NCBI GenBank assembly: GCA_028534125.1
Contig: CM052816.1
Coordinates: 30,444,001 to 30,508,000, forward strand
DNA from: Lama glama
Taxonomy: Eukaryota
Length of the DNA: 64,000 nt
Direction of reading: 5' to 3'
Each line of letters opens with the position of its first letter. Within the stretch, counting starts at the first letter, position 1. Shown piece after piece: positions 23,353-37,600 of this stretch. Below the pieces are notes generated by a model. The model searched no databases. It had not been told where the DNA came from and saw only the letters and a list, made by a program, of their open reading frames with translations. Made by a program: the position numbers and the translations under genes.

Positions 23353-26300
23353 ATAGAGTAAAAGCTGAAACTCTCCTCCTTTGCTTACCAATCTCACTTC
23401 CCTTGGTAGAAGCAAGTAATGGTAACACTTGCACATGTATCCTTATATATTTATTTATCATACAAGCAGGTACTCCCATGTAACATAAGTTGTATTCTAC
23501 AATCAATTAAGATTATGGCATAATGGTGTTCCAGAATTTAAAATATGAAAGTATATATTAGAAATCCTCATGTCTATGAACTTAGATATGCCTAATGTTT
23601 TTAAGTATTTCTGAGCATTCCAAATGTCAATAAACTGTAAACTTATTTAACCGTTCATCTATTAATGGACATTCTGCTACTGCAAACTTAAACACATAAA
23701 ATAGTTCTAACTCATTGATGTAACATACTTATTTCATAATTGAGGTATATGTGTTTGTTGCATTCAGTTGAATGAAATTGTTGACGTATACTAGGTTGTT
23801 CTCTCATATATATCTTTCTTTGATGTCAGAGACATACCATGCACACTAGAATGAGAACGATAACTTGCCTATGGATTGGTCAAACTTAGACTACACGGGC
23901 TTTTTACTAGTTTCTTGGCTCCCAAAACTGAAGAGAGCATAGTGATCATTTTAAGGATTCTCAGCCCTGTATGTATGCCAATAACAATCTTAAAAATACA
24001 CACTTATGAAGACCATTCATTGACTGCACTTAAGAGGCAGTTCGGTTTGTGCTTGTTACATTGCCTTTTTAGAAACTCTTCGGTTTAAGACTATTTCTCT
24101 TACTTCAGAGTTTAGCCTTGCAAGCAATTTGTCTGAATAGTGTCACTTGAACACTTGTGGCCTTCATTTGCAAAGGGTAAACTGTTGGATAGAGTAGACA
24201 CTGAGTATTTCATTGATTGACCTTGAGTGGGGGAACTTAAAGTCTACATTGTTTTTGTCTTATCCACCTATCATTCCATCTTAGCTTTGTGCCAGTCTAG
24301 TTTTTAGGGGAGATTTTGTTTGTTCTTGTCAAAGCTCTTTAATATCCTTAGCTGAAAGGTGTTCTCATAAATAGAATAATGTTAATAAAATAATGTGAAC
24401 GAGAATAAAGAGATAGGAAAAATGAACTCAGAGAGCCCTTAGCTCATTTTAAAATGAAAATATTCAATCACAGACAAAGATCCCTTATAAGCATGGCATT
24501 TGCATATAGAGTTATAAGGATTTACTCATGGGACCAAGCACAGCAAACTCTGACAGTCTTATCCACAGACTTTCCATGTTTAAGAGGAGCTATGATGTCG
24601 AGTTCTGTTATTTTCTGTGGCATTAAAACAGATCATGTAATTGAATTCCCAGGCTGGTCCTTTCTGCTAATTTCAGAAATAGATAGCATGTCTTAAACAA
24701 TTAATTCAAAGACCACTTTTCTTTAAGCTAATGGCAGAGGGTAGGAGGGAGGCTTGTTTCAAAACAAGTTGAACATTTAAAAATACATGGTCTTAACACT
24801 CTGACAACAATTGGAAATCAAGTTTCAAGTGTTACCAGCTTCTTCAACTAGAATTTCCTCTTCTCTTGTCCCTGCTCATGTCTGGGTGCATCAAAGACTA
24901 TCCCAAGCAAAAGAAAAATGGGTAGTATACAAGGTAATGAGATTTTATATTTGAAAAGCTTCAGATAGTTCACCAAAAATTTTCTGATACTGTCTCATTT
25001 TAGTATACAAACTTGTGTTGTATTCAGAGCAGTTCAGATTGTATATTCTACTGTCTTCCACTGTGTCACTGCCTTTGCCAGTCTATTACTTGACTGTGAA
25101 GGTGTGCAGTAAAACATTTTGAAACAGTAACTCACCAGATGATGGAAAATGTACTTGGAGACTTTCACAGTGGACTTCAAAATGTTTTTATAGCATAAGG
25201 GTTCACTATATGCACTTTAGGTTTAATTATCACTTTTTAAATAACATTTAAGAATTTAACCTAATGTATACCACATGGTAGTTTAACTATTCTTGGTTCC
25301 ATTAGAAACTGTATTATTGCAAAGAGAAAAGAAATCTCCCTCTGTTTCCACATCAGTGAAATGACAATAGAAAAAATTTTTTGCACTGCTTTTTGTTTGT
25401 TTTTGTTCTTTACTGCAATGTGTAGGCTGATCAAGGGAAAGTGAGTATCTCGAACTTCTGTCGTTGATATTTGTTTCCAATCCATTAGCCTTTTTTTCCT
25501 TTCAATAAACAGCCATCATAAGGCATTTATATACAAGTATGACTAGAGAAATGTTAGGGTTATCATGATTTCAGGATTTTTGTGGCTCTCCATCAAAAGT
25601 TTACGATCTCCCGTGTCTCTATTCTTCACTCTCCTAAGCCTCTAGTGAGAGTGGCAAACTTCAGATTTCCTGGAATCTCATAAATTTTATATCTTTCACC
25701 AGAAATCATCCACTTTCCCAAATCATGACAATTCCCAACCTTCTTGGGGAGAGCAGTCCAGCTACTCACCTGCAGAACAGGATCTGTGCTGCTCTGTGCA
25801 TAAAAGGAGGGTCTGGAGAATGGTTTTGTTTGCTTTTTCTATCTCCTAAACAAGATATCAAGATCTTACAAGTGGAAATTTAATTCTCCATCTTCAGTAG
25901 AAGAGGCAGTTGGCATTAAAATAGCAATTGTTAGACACCAAAACATCTGTTGCCGTGCACATGTGTCTTCAGATTTCTAAGATTCTCATTTTAATGAATT
26001 ATTACCCATGCACATATTTATAGGGCAAATTTAAATCAGGTCAAGTGGACACTGTAAAGGGTCCTCACAGTGTCCTGTTTCTCCTCTGTGTACTCCAGAA
26101 TCCTAAGGCTGCTGTGAGATCGTAATGGGTTGTACTCCCAGGGGCCCAGACTGAGTGTGGTAGAAGAAGGTCAAACCCAAGCCAGATTTCACAGCGGGGG
26201 TGTGTGGGGGGTGCTCTTCTAAGAACGCACAAACGCAACACACCTCAAGCAGAAGCAGGCATCTATATATTGTCAGAGAAAGACAGCTCTCACAAAAAGC

Positions 26301-27239
26301 AACTAACAGAGAGTGTGTTGCATAGCAGCCCTGGGTCTTCACACAGAAAAGCTCTGCCTCCCCTACCCACACCTGCCCTAACAGCAGACAGGGTGTGTGT
26401 GAAAGGAAACCTTGCCTTCCTCTCCCTGGCCTCCTGGAAACTGCCCCTTCAGTCTCCGAATTCTCCATATGAGAGTATTTTCGGTAGGGGTAGGAGTGAT
26501 GGAGAATGAAAAAAGATATGAAAAAGTTCTGTTGTTTAATTGAAAGTAACATTACAGTATAAAAAATTATGGAACTGAGTCTCAGTAAAAATGGATTGAG
26601 ATTATGAATAGCCAAAAAAGAGAGAGCATTAAAAAAACTCAACACTTATGAACAAAAGCACTATCCCATAGGAAGAGAGATTGAATATAATACAGGTGGC
26701 AGAAGTTTGAAAAACTCGCTTTAGGTTTTCTTTCAACAAGTTGAAATTCAAGAATAAACTGGTTACATAATCAAAGAAGGTGAAGGGGGGGAAACTGAAA
26801 ATAAGTGCATTTATTTTGTTCTCTTTTATCCCTAATGCAGCTATAAAAACACAAGTCCTGACACCTGAGAGTCTTGGTGCAGGTCTAACAGTCTCTGAGG
26901 TATTAATTTCCCTGCCCTATCAGAGGACTTTATGTTTCTTTTATCTTGAAATTGAGGACCTGTTCTTAATTCTCTATATCCCTAGGGAATCTATTTCAGT
27001 TTCTCATTTTGGCTCTGGTTCTATGTAATTCAGCCTCATATTCCCTTAATTAGTGCTTTCCTTAACTAGCCGTCAACATTGTAAACTGGCCAGAATCCTT
27101 TGGGTTCTGTTTCTTATGATGTTTGCTGCCCCTCCAGGTAATGGGTGACACTGAGGAGCAAGTAGATAGTGAGACCATTTCTCAAGGACTGTAAAGACAG
27201 TAGTTAGTGGGAAGGTTCTCCAGAAGTTCAGGCATTTGA

Positions 27240-27670
27240 ATGGAGGGAGGGAGACAGGAGTCAAGGGGTGTGCTCAGAGACATCTTCCTTATTAAGTCAA
27301 GTGAAGGCAGTATCAAGCAATGGAGACCCACAAGATTTGAAGGCAGGAGAGAAGCCACTGGGATTGTCTGTACTCAGTTACAAATTTAAGGAGTTGACCC
27401 TCAGTTACAGCCTGGAGAGTGAGCTTGATCTAAAATGTGGAGACACACACGGTTCTTCTGAGCACTGGGACAAGGCAAATGATGGTCTGAGATTTAGTGG
27501 TGCAGCCATTAAAATAGCTGCCGCTAATTGATAGACAACAGTGATTTTAGTTTGAATGAAGTATGTTGCAAGCGGGAAATGAGAGAGTAAATGAGGGCAT
27601 TGGGTACAGAGCTGCTTTTAGAAAACCCTTTAGTCTGAAAGGAAGGAAAATTTGGGTTTCAGAGAAGAGT
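27240..27670 (-). mobile_element. Probable L2 fragments
   Basis: Purine-rich, 'gagaagccactgggattg' and similar L2-like antisense motifs. Highly diverged. Confidence 0.4.
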
Positions 27671-28869
27671 TGGGTCTCAGCGATCTCAAAGTAGGTCACC
27701 ATACTACATTAAAGTTTATTCCATGGGCTTTTGTGATGAAGATTGCCTAGCTGTTCACATCTATTGCACTTCCCCCCGTGCTCTTAGCTACACAGGAAGC
27801 TGTATTTCCAAATCTCCATTGCAATTGGCTGAAGCTTTGTGACCAAGTTCTGAAACCACATTAACAGAATATTGAGAACAATATAAAAGAAATCTTTTGA
27901 CAGCTGGCATCTTATATTTTAGTAATTTCAATTTTAATCATTTCTAATTTAAAAATATACTTTAGGTAAATAGACGGAAGGAAGAAAGGAATGAAATATG
28001 CATCTATTACATTTTTATTGTCTGTGTCAGAGTCAGGGTAGGATGGACAGTTTATGTCATCAGATGCCTTTTTAAAAGCATTTATAAAGAGGATCGCAGG
28101 TGACCCTCAAGCAGATAGGCTTATAAAAAGAAAAAGCCGCACAAAGATACTCTTCAGAATAGTTTCTCAGTCAAGATGGCTCCAACATCTGACAACCTAA
28201 ATATCTGAGGGGGTCTCCCTCACTGTTTCTGGCTTCTCACTGCTCTGCCTGCGTAATGATGCTAACACTGTACTAATTCTTGAGAGTCGTCCTACCTCCA
28301 AAGGCGTAAGTTTTCATATTAGAAAAAAGGTTTTTCTAAGAAAACTTGAGTATTTGTAGAAATTATGAAAAGAGAGATTACAGTTTATGAGGATGTGTAT
28401 GTTTGCTCCTTAGCTGCCCCAGACTCAACCTAGAAGGAGAGCAGTGGCTTCATGCCAAGTGATAATTAGCTTAAATGTTTTAACAGGTCAGGTTTTCAGT
28501 AGCCTCCATCCATTAAAGTTATTTTGGTCTCCAAATTTGTACATTTGTCCTCAAGAGTTTATCCTAAAATAACATGAAATAGATCACAAAGTTTGAGCTG
28601 TTGAATTGGATGAACTTTGGATTAAATGAAGAAAAGATCAAAGCAGATATATGAATATGAGTTTTTGACTGGTTTAGGTAGCATGCCATTGGAAACCATA
28701 AACAAGAAGCATTCATTTGTTTATCAGCTTTCTAGAAGTTGAAGACCTTCATTCACAGCTCAGTGGGTTCTCTTGTTTTGGGGGATGAATGGGGGTGAGG
28801 GAGAAAGAGATATGAAGGATATAGAAATATTTAATTAATGTTTTAATATTTTAAAAATAAAAAGTTAAA

Positions 28870-28907
28870 TTTTTTTATTCAAGTGTAGTTGACTTATTAT
28901 GTGTATT

Positions 28908-28944
<37 letters not shown>

Positions 28945-29001
28945 TTACTTTTACATTTACAAATAAATTGCTTTGCTGTACACCTGAAACTAACATTGTA
29001 A
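28870..29001. mobile_element. Very short L1 3' tail with internal inversion and (TG)n(TA)n tract
   Basis: Minus-orientation 'tttttttattcaagtgtagttgactta' followed by plus-orientation 'ttgctgtacacctgaaactaacattgtaa'. Confidence 0.78.
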
Positions 29002-30240
29002 CCCAGGACATTTTTGATAATGTTAACTGACCTCTACTCTTTACAGTAGATGAAGTTGAACTCCTTTCTTTGGGATGGGATGAAGTTTCAGTTTCTGGAT
29101 TCTAGTACAAGAATCAGCTGTGTCTGTACACTCAAGGTCAGCATCCTGTGTCATCTTGCACACTCAGGCATTTACCCTGAAATCACCCAGGCGCCTGTGC
29201 TTTCCATTCTCAGTGTTCAGGCTGGATTTGGCTTACTTCCACTCACTCTGAGTGTTGAGCAGGCTCGTGATTGCCTTCCATCAGAATAAATAAGAAGATT
29301 ACTGTGGCACAACAAATAAATTACGGGCTAAGTCCTGTCATAATCATAGTTTTCATTTTTATAACAGATTGGCTTGGGAGATCTTGAAGAATTTGCAAAT
29401 ATGGTTTCCCTTGTTTTGCTGATAGGAAAACAGTCCCTGGCACCCATTTAGGATTACAAATCTCAGGGACCAAAGTTTGAAACAGATGACTTACATTTTA
29501 GAAATTCGGACTCGGTTCATTAGAGCAGGATAATAAAAACATGACCAGGATCTGCATCCTTCTGCCATTAGGAGGAGGCGGATTTGCTGATTCTGCTAAA
29601 GAATTTCTTGGCAAAGGATTTATTGTTTCCTCTTTGAGACTTTGAAAGCGTTTAGAAAATGCAGAATGTGAATCCTAAAAAATAATAGCGGAGGGTCATA
29701 TGCTAACTGCCATCTCCTAGGAAAATCGGGAAACAGATTTGCCACTTTGAATAAACACTTTTATTTATGGAGTACAATCTATCTGTCAAAACAGCAAGAG
29801 GCTCTGCTTGGTTAACTATTCTAATACAATTAGCAAAGTAATGTAATTGGCTGGCCTTAATAGACATCAGCTCGATGGGCAGCATCACTAAAATTAACAG
29901 TTATGCTGGAGTTGGGACCAAGAAGCTGCAAATGAAGCCAGATGTACACACAAGAGGGGTTACAGACCCATCAGGATTTCCTGGGGGAAATATTCATTAG
30001 ACTGAACATCTGGTAGAGTTCTTCAGAAATCTGTACCTCTTAAATGATCCTTTGGCAGATTTGTTTAAAAATAGAACCCCCCTGCACCCATTTGAAAGGG
30101 AAACATACATATGATGATCTTAAATTTACATATATACTAAAATATTGGTCAGACAAAATGATAGCTTCCTAAAGGTAGTAATGTGAAGGAATGGAAATTT
30201 CCCTATCTGCTACTGGTAGAGAATTTTTAAAATATATGTA

Positions 30241-30747
30241 TGATGGTGGATTAAAGATGGTTGTAATTCTTTGATTCTTCTCTCATCGAGAAAGGGAGAT
30301 CTGTGTTTCTTTCCCTTAAAAATGAGCAGACTCTGTGACTACACTGGCCAATAAAATATTGCCCAGTGATTTTGTGTCACTTTCCAGACCTAGTCCACAG
30401 ACATAGAACGTTTCCATTTTCTACGTCTCAGAACAGTGGCTTTTGGAACCCAGGTGTGAGGAAGCGCAAGCAGTCTCATTGGCGAGGCCCCTGTAGAATG
30501 AAACGGAGTCCCCAGATCACAATTCTAGATGAGTTTACAGCCACCTGCCAACACTGAATGGTTACCTTTGCAGGTCTTCCTACCAGAGTCCAGCTGCCCT
30601 GGCTGGTTCTGCGTGGAGTTGAGATGAACTGTCTCCATTGCAGTCTGACCCAACTTGCAAATGTTTGACTCAAATCATTGAATGTTGTCATTTTAAGCCA
30701 CTAGGTTTGGGAGCGGTTTGCTAAGGTGATGTTAGATAATTGGAATG
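30241..30747 (+). mobile_element. ERVL-MaLR solo LTR (MLT1G/H-like)
   Basis: 'tggtggattaaagatggttgtaattctttga...ttttaagccactaggtttgggagcggtttg...agataattggaa'. Confidence 0.8.
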
Positions 30748-31119
30748 ATCATCTATAGCTAAGCAAATACACCAACAAGCTGGTATTTTCTTTTCCTTTA
30801 CAATTTCTATTGTCTTCCTTGATTTGAAAACCCATTTCCCCCAATACAGTACTCAGCTGCTTTTCTTTTCTCTACGTCAGTGTTCCTAATCGATAGTTTA
30901 GACTCTATTTGTAAAACTGGATTCCAGACTTGTTAGATCTCTAATTCATCTGTTGCTGTTCACTCTCTAGATATAGATAGCCCTTTCTGTGGTTTTCTGA
31001 AATCCTATGTAAAGAAGACTGCTGGCAGTACCTTAGCTCATGATCACAAAGAATGTGGAGGTGAAAAGTGGCTCCTTACAAGAAATAGAGGACTTTAATA
31101 TGTTAATAGTAATTCTAGT

Positions 31120-31551
31120 ATTTTTCTTTGTGTTTTTCTTTTTTTACTGAAGTATAGTCAGTTTACAATGTTGTATTATTTCAGGTGAACAGCACAGTGA
31201 TTCAAAATTTCTACAGATTATACTCCATTATAAAGTTATTACAAGATGATGGTTGTAATTCCCTGTACTTTGCTGCTCATGTATTTTATACCTAGTAGTT
31301 AGTATCTCTTAATTTCATGCCCCTGTGTTGCCCCTGTTTCCTCCCCTCTCCCCATTGGTACCCACTGGCTTGTTTTCCATATCTGTGAGTCTGCTACGTA
31401 CATTTGTTTTATTTTCTAAATCCCATATATGAGTGATATTACACAGTATTTGTCTTTTTCTGTGTGACTTATTTCAACAAGCATAATATTCTCTAGGTGC
31501 ATCAACATTACTGCAAATGGCAGAATTTTCATTCATTTTCATGGCTGAGTA

Positions 31552-31603
<52 letters not shown>

Positions 31604-34600
31604 CCACTTCTTTATACATTCATCTGTTGATCTTCTTGAGTAGTTTGTACAGTAGTTCTATTTTTAGTTTTCTGAGTAACTTCCATATTGTTTTCCATAG
31701 TGACTGCACCAATTTAGATTCCCATCAGCAGTGTACGAGGGTTCCCTTTTCTCCACATCCTTACACACATTTGGTATTTGTGATCTTTTTGATGATAGCC
31801 ATTCTGATAGGTATGAGGTAATATCTCAGTGAAATTTTTGATTTGCATTTCTCTGATGATTAGTGATGATGAGCATCTTTTCATGTGCCTGTTGGTCATC
31901 TGTATGTCTTCTGTGGACAAATATCTATTCAGGTCTTCTGCTCGTTTTTTGATTTTTTTTTTCTTTTAATGTTGAGTTGTATGAGCTGTTTGTCTATGTT
32001 GGTTATTAACCCCTTATCAGGCACATGATTTGCAAATAGTTTCTCCCATTCCATAGGTTGTCTTTTCATGTTGTTGATAGCTTCCTTTGCTGTGCAAAAG
32101 TTTTTGTTTAATTAGGTCCCATTTGTTTATTTTTGCTTTAACTTACTTTGCCTTAGGAGATAGCTCCAAAAAATTCTGCTACGATTTAGGTCAAAGTGTG
32201 TTCTGCCTAAGTACTCTTCTAGGTCTTACATTTAGGTTTTTAAATTATTGTGAATTTATTTTTATATATGTTGTGAAGGAATGTTCTAATCTCACTCTTT
32301 GATATGTCATTGTCTAGTTTTCCCAACACCACTTGTTGAAGAGACTGTCTTTTCTCCTTTGTGTATTCTTGTCTCCTTTGCTGTAGATTATTGACCAGAC
32401 ATGTGTAGATTTACTTCTGGGCTCTCTATTCTATTCCATTGATCTACATGTCTGTTTTTGTGACAGTACCATGCTGTTTTGATTACTGTAGCTTTGTAGT
32501 ATAGTATGAAGTCTGGGAGGGTTATACCTCCAGCTTTTTCTTTTTTTCCTCAAGATTGCTTTGGCAGTTAGGGGTGTTCGGTGGTTCCATATGAGTTTTA
32601 GGATTATTGTTCTAGTTCTTTGCAAATGTAATGGGTATTTTGATAGGGAGTGCATTAAATCTGTAGATTGCTCTGAGTACTACAGCCATTTTAACAATAT
32701 TAATACTTTTAATCCAAGAGAATGGGATATCTTTCCAATTCTTTGTACCATCTTCAATTTTCTTCATCAGTGTTTTATAGTTTTCAGAGTATAAGACTTT
32801 CAGCTCCTTGGTTATATTTATTCCTAGATATGTAACTCTTTTTGATGAAGTTTTAGACGGGATTGTTTTCTTTGTTTCTCTTTCAGATAGTTCATTATTA
32901 ATGTATAGAAAAGCAAGAAATTTCTGTATATTCATTTTGTATCCTGCAGCTCTGCTGCATTCATTTATTAGTTCTAATAGTGTTTTGGTGGAGACTTTAA
33001 GGTTTTCTATATACAATATTATGTCATCTGCAAATAGTGACAGTTTTACTTCTTTCCTTCCAAATTGGTTGCCTTTTATTTATATTTCTTGCCTGATTGT
33101 TGTGGCTAGGACTTCCAATACTATGTTAAGTAGAAGTGAGGAGAGTGAGCATCCTTCTCTTGCTCCTCAATTTTGAGGAAAGGATTTCAGTGTTTCACCA
33201 ATGAGGAAGAAATTAGCTGTAGGTTTGTCATAAATGCCCTTTATCATGTTGAGGTATGTTTCCATGATACCCACTTTGATGAGAGTATTTATCATGCATA
33301 GATGTTGAATTTTTTAAAATGCCTTTCTGTGTCTATTGAGATAATCATATTATTCTTATCTTTATTAATGTGGTGTATTACATTGATTTGTGAACATTGA
33401 ACTATCCAAGAGTCCTTGGAATAAATCCAACTTGATCATATTGTATGGTACTTTTTACATATTGAATTTGTTTTGCTATTATCTTATTGAGAATTCCTTC
33501 ATCTTTATTCATCAAAGATACTGGCGTGTAAATTTCATTTCTTGTAATGTCTTTGTCTGGCAATGGTGGCCTCATAGAGTGGATTTGGGAATATTATATC
33601 CTTTTTAATTTTCTGTAGTAATTTGAGAAGGATCGGTATTAGCTCTTCTTTATATGTTTGGTAGAATTCCTCTGTGAAGCCATCCAGTCCTAGAATTTTG
33701 TTTGCTGGGAATTTTTGTTTGTTTGTTTTGTTTTGTTTTTATTATTACAAGTTTAATTTAGTACTTGTGATCAGTTTGCTCAAATTGTCTGTTTCTTCTG
33801 GATTCACTTTTGGCAGGTTGTATATTTCTAGAAATGTATCCATTTATTCAAGGTTATTCAAATTGTAGACCTACAACTGGTTGTATTATTCTCTTACAAT
33901 TTTTTATATCTCTGTGGTTTCAATAGTTTTTTCTCCTCCTTCATTTCTTATTATGTCTTCAAAAAACAATTCTTTGTTTCATTGATGTTTTCTATTTCTA
34001 TTTTATCTCTATTTTATTTCCTTCCTCTCTGATCTTTATTATTTCCTTTCTTCTGCTGACTTGGGTGTTGTTTCTTCTTTTTCTAATTTTTTTAGGTGGT
34101 AGGTTTGGTTATTTGATATTTTTCTTGTTTATTGAGGAAGGCCTTTGCCACTATAAACTTTCCTCTAAGAACTGCTTTTGTTGCATCCCATAGACTTTGG
34201 AGTGCTGTGTTTCCAGTTTTATTTGACTCAAGGTATTTTCTGATTTCCTTTTTGATTTCTTTATTGACCCATTGTTTTTTCAGTAGCATGTTGTTTAGTC
34301 TCCATATGTTTACTCTTTCCTATTTTTCTTTCTGTAGTTGATTTCTAGTTTCATACCTCTGTCCTCAGAAAAAAATGCTTGACATAATTTTGTTTCTAAA
34401 TTTCTTGAGGCTTGTTTTGTAGCCTAGCATGTGATCTATCCTGGAGAATGTTTCATGTACACTTGAAAAGAATGTGTAGTTTGCTGTTATTGGATGGAAT
34501 GCCCTGTAGATATCTGTTAATTCCAACTGGTCTATTGTGTCACTTAAGACTGCTGTTGCCTTATTTATGTTCTGTCTCTATGATCTGGCCATTGATGTAG

Positions 34601-37600
34601 GGGTGTTAAAGTTCCCTACAGTTGTATTGTTGTCAGTTTCCTTCTTCATATTTGCCAGTATTTGCTTTACCCATTTTGGTGCTTCTGTATTGGGTGCATA
34701 TATGCTGATGAGTGTAACATCCTCTCCTATGGTTTTATCATTATATAGTGTCCATCTTTGTCTTTTGTTGTAGCCTTTCTTTTAAAGTCTCTTTTGTCTT
34801 ATATGAATATTGCTGTCCCTGCTTTCTCCTCATTTCCATTTACATGAATTCTTTTTCCATCTCCTCATTTTTAGTCTGTGTGTCTTTAGCTCTAAAGTGA
34901 GTCTCTTGTAGGCAGCATTTACATGTCTTTTTTTTTTTTAAATCCAATTAGCCACACTACATCTTTTCATTGGAATATTTAGTTCACTGACATTTAAAAT
35001 ATAAGTATTAAGTGTTTGCTTATTGCCATTTTATTGTTTATTTTCTGGTTGTTTTTGTAGTTTTCCTCTGTTTATCTCTTTTTTTGTTCCTTCCATCTTC
35101 GTTTGATGATTTTCTTTAGTAGTATGCTTATGTTTCTTTTTAGTTTTTGTATATCTATTGTAGATTTTGAATTGTAGTTACCATGGAGGTCATGTATGTT
35201 GGCATATAATGGTATCTTTTCTTTTAAACTGGTAGTCATTTATTACAAACACATTAAAAAAAATCTATTTTTACTCTCTTCCCCCATATTTTGTGTTTCT
35301 GTTGTTATATTTTATATCTTCATGTTTATCCTTTAATTATTTATTGTGGTTATAGTTGCTTAAAATTTTTATAATCTTTGTACTGGCTTTTGTAATGGTT
35401 GATCCTGAGCCCTTAACTATATATCAGTCTTCCCTAGTGGGATTTTACCTTTCCTGTTGATTCTGACTTCTTTTCCACTCAGAGAAGACCCTTTAGCATT
35501 TCTTTTAGGCTAGGTTTTGTATTAAGGTACTCTTTTTCTTTCTGTTTTCTGAGAAGTTCTTTATCTGTCTATGATTCTAAAAGATAACCTTGCTGGGTAA
35601 AGCATTCTAGGTTGTAGGTATTCCCTTTCAGCACCTTGAATATTTCATGCCACTCCCTTCTGGCCTGAAGATTTTCTGCAGAGGATTCAGCTTATGGGCA
35701 TTCCCTTGTATATGACTCTGTTTTCTTGCTACTTTTAGAATTGTCATTTTAACTTTTGCCACTTTAATTATGATGTGTCTTAGTGTGGATTTGTTTGGGT
35801 TCATCTTGTTTGGAACCGTCTGTGCTTCCTATACCTAGATACCTGTTTCCTTCTTCAGGTTTGGGGATTTTTGAACCATAATTTCCTGAAATTCATTTTA
35901 GATTCCCCTGTCTCTCTCTTGTCCTTCTGGGACCTCTGTAATGTGGACTTCTTATACTACTTTTTTTAAGTTTGATTTTCTTTTTGCTCTTCTGATTGTG
36001 TGATTTCTATTTTTCTATCTTCCAGAGCACTTATGCATTATTCTGTATCAGTTTTCTATTCGTTTCTTCTTGTGTACTTTTTACTTCAAGTGATAAATTC
36101 TTCATATCTGATTTGTCTTTTTATATTTTCCAGTTCCTTGTTAAATATTCACTGTGTACATTCTTCATGCTAATTCAGTCAATATTTTTATTATCAATGC
36201 TTTGAATTCTTAATCTACTAAATTGTTTTTTGTTTTATTATTTATTCATTAGATGCTTTCTCTTGCTTTTTCAATGGAAACCAGCTTCTCTTCCTTTTCA
36301 TTTTGCTCAACTCTTTTTGCCTTGATGAAACAGTTACCTATTGTGGTTTTGAAGATTTTTTTTTATGTCCCTACCATGACTCTTTGTGCTCAGTACCCTT
36401 GGTAGGAGAGCTTGATTTGGACATGGATGCAAGTCATGTCTTTCCTCAGTGTATTGGTAGCTGTCACCTTGGTAGTGGGTGTAGCTGGAGATGGACAGAC
36501 TAGAGCTTCAACTGGGTGTGAGGTGAGGTTTCCCCTCTGTTCAGTGACCATCACCACTCTGTCAGGAGCCTGATCCCAAGTTGTTGCAGTAGAAGCCCAA
36601 CAGGGCTGGGTATGGCCTTAGGTGGCTCTGTTCTCTTCAAGTGTGTTTTCTCTCCCTTTACTGGGACTGCTGCCTCAGGTTGGGGGAGATGCAGGAGCAA
36701 GTGAGGCCCATGTGGGCTATTGTCCTGTGTTGGCTCCAGACACAGGTCCAAGCTGTCTCTGATAATGCTGCCTATGTAGGCAACTGCAGTTGTTTCCTTT
36801 TCTCTGCTCAGACTCAGCCTCAGGTGCAAGTTCCTTTTGTCCCTCACAGCCCATCATTGCCCCCAGCCTCTGCTACCCCTGCCCTATTGTGGAGCTATGC
36901 TGCAGGGCTGTGGGCAACCACATGGACTCTTGGTATGAATTGGTGGGTGAGCTGTGCTGGTGCAGCTGCTGTCAGAGATCTGGGATGCTTCTGATGAGCT
37001 GCTTGCTTTAACATCAACATTGGCCGCCACTTCCCTACCCAGGTTCCACTCCAGGACAGGTCACATCTGTGTCCCATAGCTGAGTATTCTTGCCGATCAT
37101 GGGTGCCCCAGAAGCAGTGCTGCACTGTAACATGGAGTAAGTGAGGCTGGATTGTTTGCTTGGCTTGAGCTTACTAGAAACCTGGCAGCCACTAGAGCAG
37201 ACCTCCCTCTGCCCTTCCTGGTGGTAAGCCAGCATCCCTGTACATCTCCTTAGTGGCAGATTCCAAGTGTCCTGTAGCCCTCCTGTTAGTCCTGGAAGCC
37301 CTCCAAACGGCCAAGGGGCTTGTCTCTCCTCATGGGACCCCAGGGCTGTGGTACTCAAACAGTGGCTCTCACCACTTACTCCCCAGGGCGAGTGTCTGCC
37401 CAAGTATTCTCCCTTTTCCTGTGGTTCCCCTCCCAGGGGTATAGTTCCCACCTGATTGGTTTTCTTTCCTTCTTATCCACTTGATTACATGTGTGTATTT
37501 CTTACAGCCTTGGTTGTATAGGAGTCCTTCTGGAAGGAGTCCAGTTTTCAGTGAGAATTGTTCCATATGTAGATATATTTTTAATGTGTTCATGGGGGGA

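Noticed and set aside
26103..26645. Longest ORF in the track (180 aa, minus strand)
   Set aside because: Non-ATG start, composition typical of translated AT-rich DNA, no recognisable domain and no supporting splice structure.
32612..33016. L1 ORF2 reverse-transcriptase-region ORFs as functional CDS
   Set aside because: These are short fragments of a frameshifted, stop-riddled L1, so they are reported under the mobile element.
36551..37455. ORFs in the L1 5'UTR (possible ORF0-like product), also 10148-10612
   Set aside because: Long open frames are expected in GC-rich DNA. The two homologous UTR copies share only patchy peptide similarity and no common start and stop.
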